Shown here: positions 61,405 through 64,000 of the stretch, in pieces
Numbering within the stretch: the stretch's first letter is position 1
How the letters are laid out: each line of letters begins with the position of its first letter
Source of the DNA: Nitrosopumilus sp.
Lineage (GTDB): Archaea; Thermoproteota; Nitrososphaeria; Nitrososphaerales; Nitrosopumilaceae
Assembly: GCA_965238275.1 (NCBI GenBank)
Contig: OZ250186.1
Span: forward strand, 960,001 to 1,024,000
Length of the DNA stretch: 64,000 nt
Reading direction: 5' to 3'
Made by a program: the position numbers and the translations under genes
The notes under the pieces: generated by a model
What the model was told of the DNA's origin: nothing
Seen by the model: the letters and a program-made list of their open reading frames with translations, nothing else
The model's database searches: none

Positions 61405-61608
61405 TTAAGGAGTAAAAGCGTCATGCAGTGCTTTTCTCAAGGCACGCGTATCGTTGCCGCGATCCTTGTTCCCGAAGAACAGCTCACAGTGTGCGCATTT
61501 TTGGCAGGCGCACACCCTGAAAGGACGGCGTGGATCCGGGGTCAATGTTTCCCAAATGAACTCGGCGCCTCCACAAAATCGGCATTCCTTCTTGATCTCA
61601 TCCATCAT
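61405..61608 (-). CDS. Small zinc-finger protein
   Basis: CRFC...CQKCAHC. Confidence 0.5.
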   Translation of the reverse strand: MMDEIKKECRFCGGAEFIWETLTPDPRRPFRVCACQKCAHCELFFGNKDRGNDTRALRKALHDAFTP

Positions 61609-61741
61609 GGCGATCCGATCTAACGGGTATAAAACAGGGATTATTCAGCAATCGGGAGAAGATCCGCACCATCCCAGCTCTCGAAGATTATACAGAACCT
61701 TTTTACGGTAACTTTATAAGTACGGTACCATACGGTATATC

Positions 61742-62884
61742 ATGGTAGATGATATCAGACTCGATAGTTTGGAGGGCGTTGGCCCCGTAACTACAAGAAA
61801 GCTATCTGACGCAGGTATTCACAACGTTATGGATCTCATAGTGAGGGGTCCTGTGGAAATATCTGAGATAACCGGAATGGAGAGGGATACTGCAGACAAG
61901 ATTGTCAACAAGGCCAGGCAACACATGGTTGAAGGCGGAATGATTGCCAAGGATTTTGTCAGTGCAAGCGAGATCTACAAACACAGACAGAGCATCGGCA
62001 AGATTACAACCGGCACAAACTGCCTTGATACGTTGTTTGACGGCGGAGTTGAAACACAGGCTCTGACAGAAGTCTATGGAGAGTTCGGATGCGGCAAGAC
62101 ACAATTTGCCCATACCATGTCTGTCATGGTTCAAAAGACCAAGGCAGAAGGCGGACTTGAGGGCGGTGTCTTGTATATTGACACTGAAAACACCTTCAGG
62201 CCCGAAAGAATCGTCTCGATTGCCCAGGTACATGAGATGGATCCAGAAAAGGTTCTAGACAACATCATCGTTGCACGTGCCTACAACAGCGCACACCAGA
62301 CACTGATTCTAGAAGAGGCAGGCCAGGTAATTAAAGAGAACAACATCCGACTGATCGTTGCAGATTCTGCAGTGGGGCTTTTCCGTTCCGAATATCTTGG
62401 AAGGGGAACGTTGTCCAACAGGCAGCAAAAACTAAATCATTTTGTGCACCTGTTGTCCCGAATTGCAGAGACATACAACTGTGCTGCAATTGCAACCAAC
62501 CAGGTAATGGCATCCCCTGACGTCTTTTTTGGAGATCCCACACGCCCGATTGGTGGAAACGTCGTTGCGCACACAAGCACCTACCGGATATACTTCAAGA
62601 AATCCGGCAAGAAGCGAATCGCCAGAATGGTCGACAGTCCTCACCACCCAGAGGAGGAGACAATATTTGCCCTCGGCGAGGCAGGTGTCATGGATCTCGA
62701 AGATACTGTTAAGACCAAAAAGAGTACCAAAAAAGAGACTTCCAAGAAAGAAACCCCCAAAGAGTCCAATGCTACGACATCCGATGAAACCGAATCCGAG
62801 AATGCTGCTGCTGCTGCTGCTGCTGCTGTGAACGCAGAGCCTGCAACAGATCTCAGTGACGCTGATCCTGAACCCCTAGAGTAA
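61742..62884 (+). CDS. radA: DNA repair and recombination protein RadA
   Basis: GEFGCGKTQ, YIDTENTFRPER, RPIGGNVVAH. Confidence 0.97.
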   Translation: MVDDIRLDSLEGVGPVTTRKLSDAGIHNVMDLIVRGPVEISEITGMERDTADKIVNKARQHMVEGGMIAKDFVSASEIYKHRQSIGKITTGTNCLDTLFDGGVETQALTEVYGEFGCGKTQFAHTMSVMVQKTKAEGGLEGGVLYIDTENTFRPERIVSIAQVHEMDPEKVLDNIIVARAYNSAHQTLILEEAGQVIKENNIRLIVADSAVGLFRSEYLGRGTLSNRQQKLNHFVHLLSRIAETYNCAAIATNQVMASPDVFFGDPTRPIGGNVVAHTSTYRIYFKKSGKKRIARMVDSPHHPEEETIFALGEAGVMDLEDTVKTKKSTKKETSKKETPKESNATTSDETESENAAAAAAAAVNAEPATDLSDADPEPLE

Positions 62885-62991
62885 ACCACTCTCTTTTTAT
62901 TTTTATAATCAATCTTTGGCTGGTCCCGTATGGCCTGTCCTTGGCTGAACCAGCATGGTTTTAAATAGGGCTTTGGAAGGTTTTACACTAC

Positions 62992-63291
62992 ATGGCAACC
63001 AAGAAGTCCCACGGCCGTTCCCACGGGTTCAGGCACAAGTCCAGATCCGTCATGAAAAAGAGGGCACCAAGAGGCGTCTCGTTCCTGTTGCGTGAATACC
63101 AGACAGGCCAGCAGGCACTCGTAATTATTGATCCCAGGCAGCACAAGGGGCTGCCACACCGGAGATACCACGGCAAGGTTGGCGTGATTACCGATGTTGG
63201 CCGGCGAGCTATAACACTTGATGTAAAACTTGGAAACAAATCGAAAACCTTAATCACTAGGTTGGATCATATAAAACCGTTCGGTGTATAG
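62992..63291 (+). CDS. rpl21e: 50S ribosomal protein eL21
   Basis: SHGFRHKSR, KGLPHRRYHGKVG. Confidence 0.95.
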   Translation: MATKKSHGRSHGFRHKSRSVMKKRAPRGVSFLLREYQTGQQALVIIDPRQHKGLPHRRYHGKVGVITDVGRRAITLDVKLGNKSKTLITRLDHIKPFGV

Positions 63292-63295
63292 AGAT

Positions 63296-63622
63296 ATGGA
63301 AGAAATACAAAAGAGACAGGCAATCTCGCTGCCAGAGACCAAACAGATTCTGGGCAAGGTTGATCCCGAGGACATGGATCAGATTCAGCGCTGGACGTTT
63401 GACTATGTATCAAAATTTACATCAATTGACCCTGATAGCGCCCGGGAGATGAAGAAGATGCTCATAGAGGGATGCGAACTGACTGAAGACGAGGCAGTTG
63501 AAATCGTAAACATCAGACCAACAAGTATGGCCGAGCTTCGCTCCTTTACTTTTGGGTGGAAGAAGCTGATTCTTGCAGAGACTCTGGAAAGAATACTTAG
63601 GATAATCCGGGAGCATTCCTAA
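63296..63622 (+). CDS. rpoF: RNA polymerase subunit Rpo4 (F)
   Basis: Follows rpl21e; AVEIVNIRPTSMAELR. Confidence 0.88.
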   Translation: MEEIQKRQAISLPETKQILGKVDPEDMDQIQRWTFDYVSKFTSIDPDSAREMKKMLIEGCELTEDEAVEIVNIRPTSMAELRSFTFGWKKLILAETLERILRIIREHS

Positions 63623-63642
63623 ATATTCAAGCGTGTTTAATC

Positions 63643-64000
63643 TTGGACCGGGCACAACAACCACCCAGAAGATATGAGGAATACACTTATGTACTGGATT
63701 TTAACCCGCGGGGAAGGTCATCGACCATCCGTGGCAAGGATGGAATAATCGTGACTGTAATAGGCGAGGACCGGCTAACCCTCCTGGAGGTTCTCGGGGT
63801 GCCAAACTCGACATTTGACGTCGGGGAGCGGATCTACATTGGCAGGGAGGGACGTACAAAGGCCCTCTCCGTACTGGGAAAGATGGATTATTCCGGGATC
63901 TCAATGTCAGCGCAAAACGAACTGCCCGGAGTGGTTGAAAATATTGTGACTCGTAACGAGTCCCGGTTTATTGAATATTTGAACAACGCAAGACCCCTGA
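63643..64000 (+). CDS. DUF655 family RNA-binding protein (runs off window)
   Basis: EEYTYVLDF...IGEDRLTLLE...GERIYIGREGR; conserved rpl21e-rpoF-DUF655 order. Confidence 0.85.
   Translation, partial: MDRAQQPPRRYEEYTYVLDFNPRGRSSTIRGKDGIIVTVIGEDRLTLLEVLGVPNSTFDVGERIYIGREGRTKALSVLGKMDYSGISMSAQNELPGVVENIVTRNESRFIEYLNNARPL

Overview
This is an archaeal chromosomal segment whose gene content and order point to Nitrososphaerota (Thaumarchaeota), most likely a Nitrosopumilaceae member. A host-associated (e.g. sponge) lifestyle is only inferred, from the DUF285 surface-repeat protein and the many small mobile elements. Most of the window is core housekeeping: aconitase, pdxST, valS, purB, rtcB, uS11, thiL, Sua5/THUMP/Ubl-Cgi121, eS17, histone, purA, pyrF, uppS, aIF2-beta, RIO1, topo VI, TFE-beta, rlmE, trm1, rnhB, fibrillarin/Nop5, pyrDK, radA, eL21 and Rpo4. 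There are three tRNAs: Trp with two introns, Thr and Cys. The main unusual feature is a catalytically intact TnpB RNA-guided nuclease gene (48996-50447). It is the sole cargo of an element bounded by ~27-bp terminal inverted repeats with TA at each end, an IS630/Tc1-mariner-like architecture rather than IS200/605/607. Three unrelated MITE families were also read directly from the sequence: a 61-bp element in three copies with target-site duplications, an 80-bp element with an 8-bp TSD, and a 202-bp element in two inverted copies around a possible invertible cassette. Several core information-processing proteins carry tandem-repeat-encoded charged tails, and two of them (uS11, eS17) are frameshifted at the repeat. 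All product calls come from motif recognition by eye; no database search was run.
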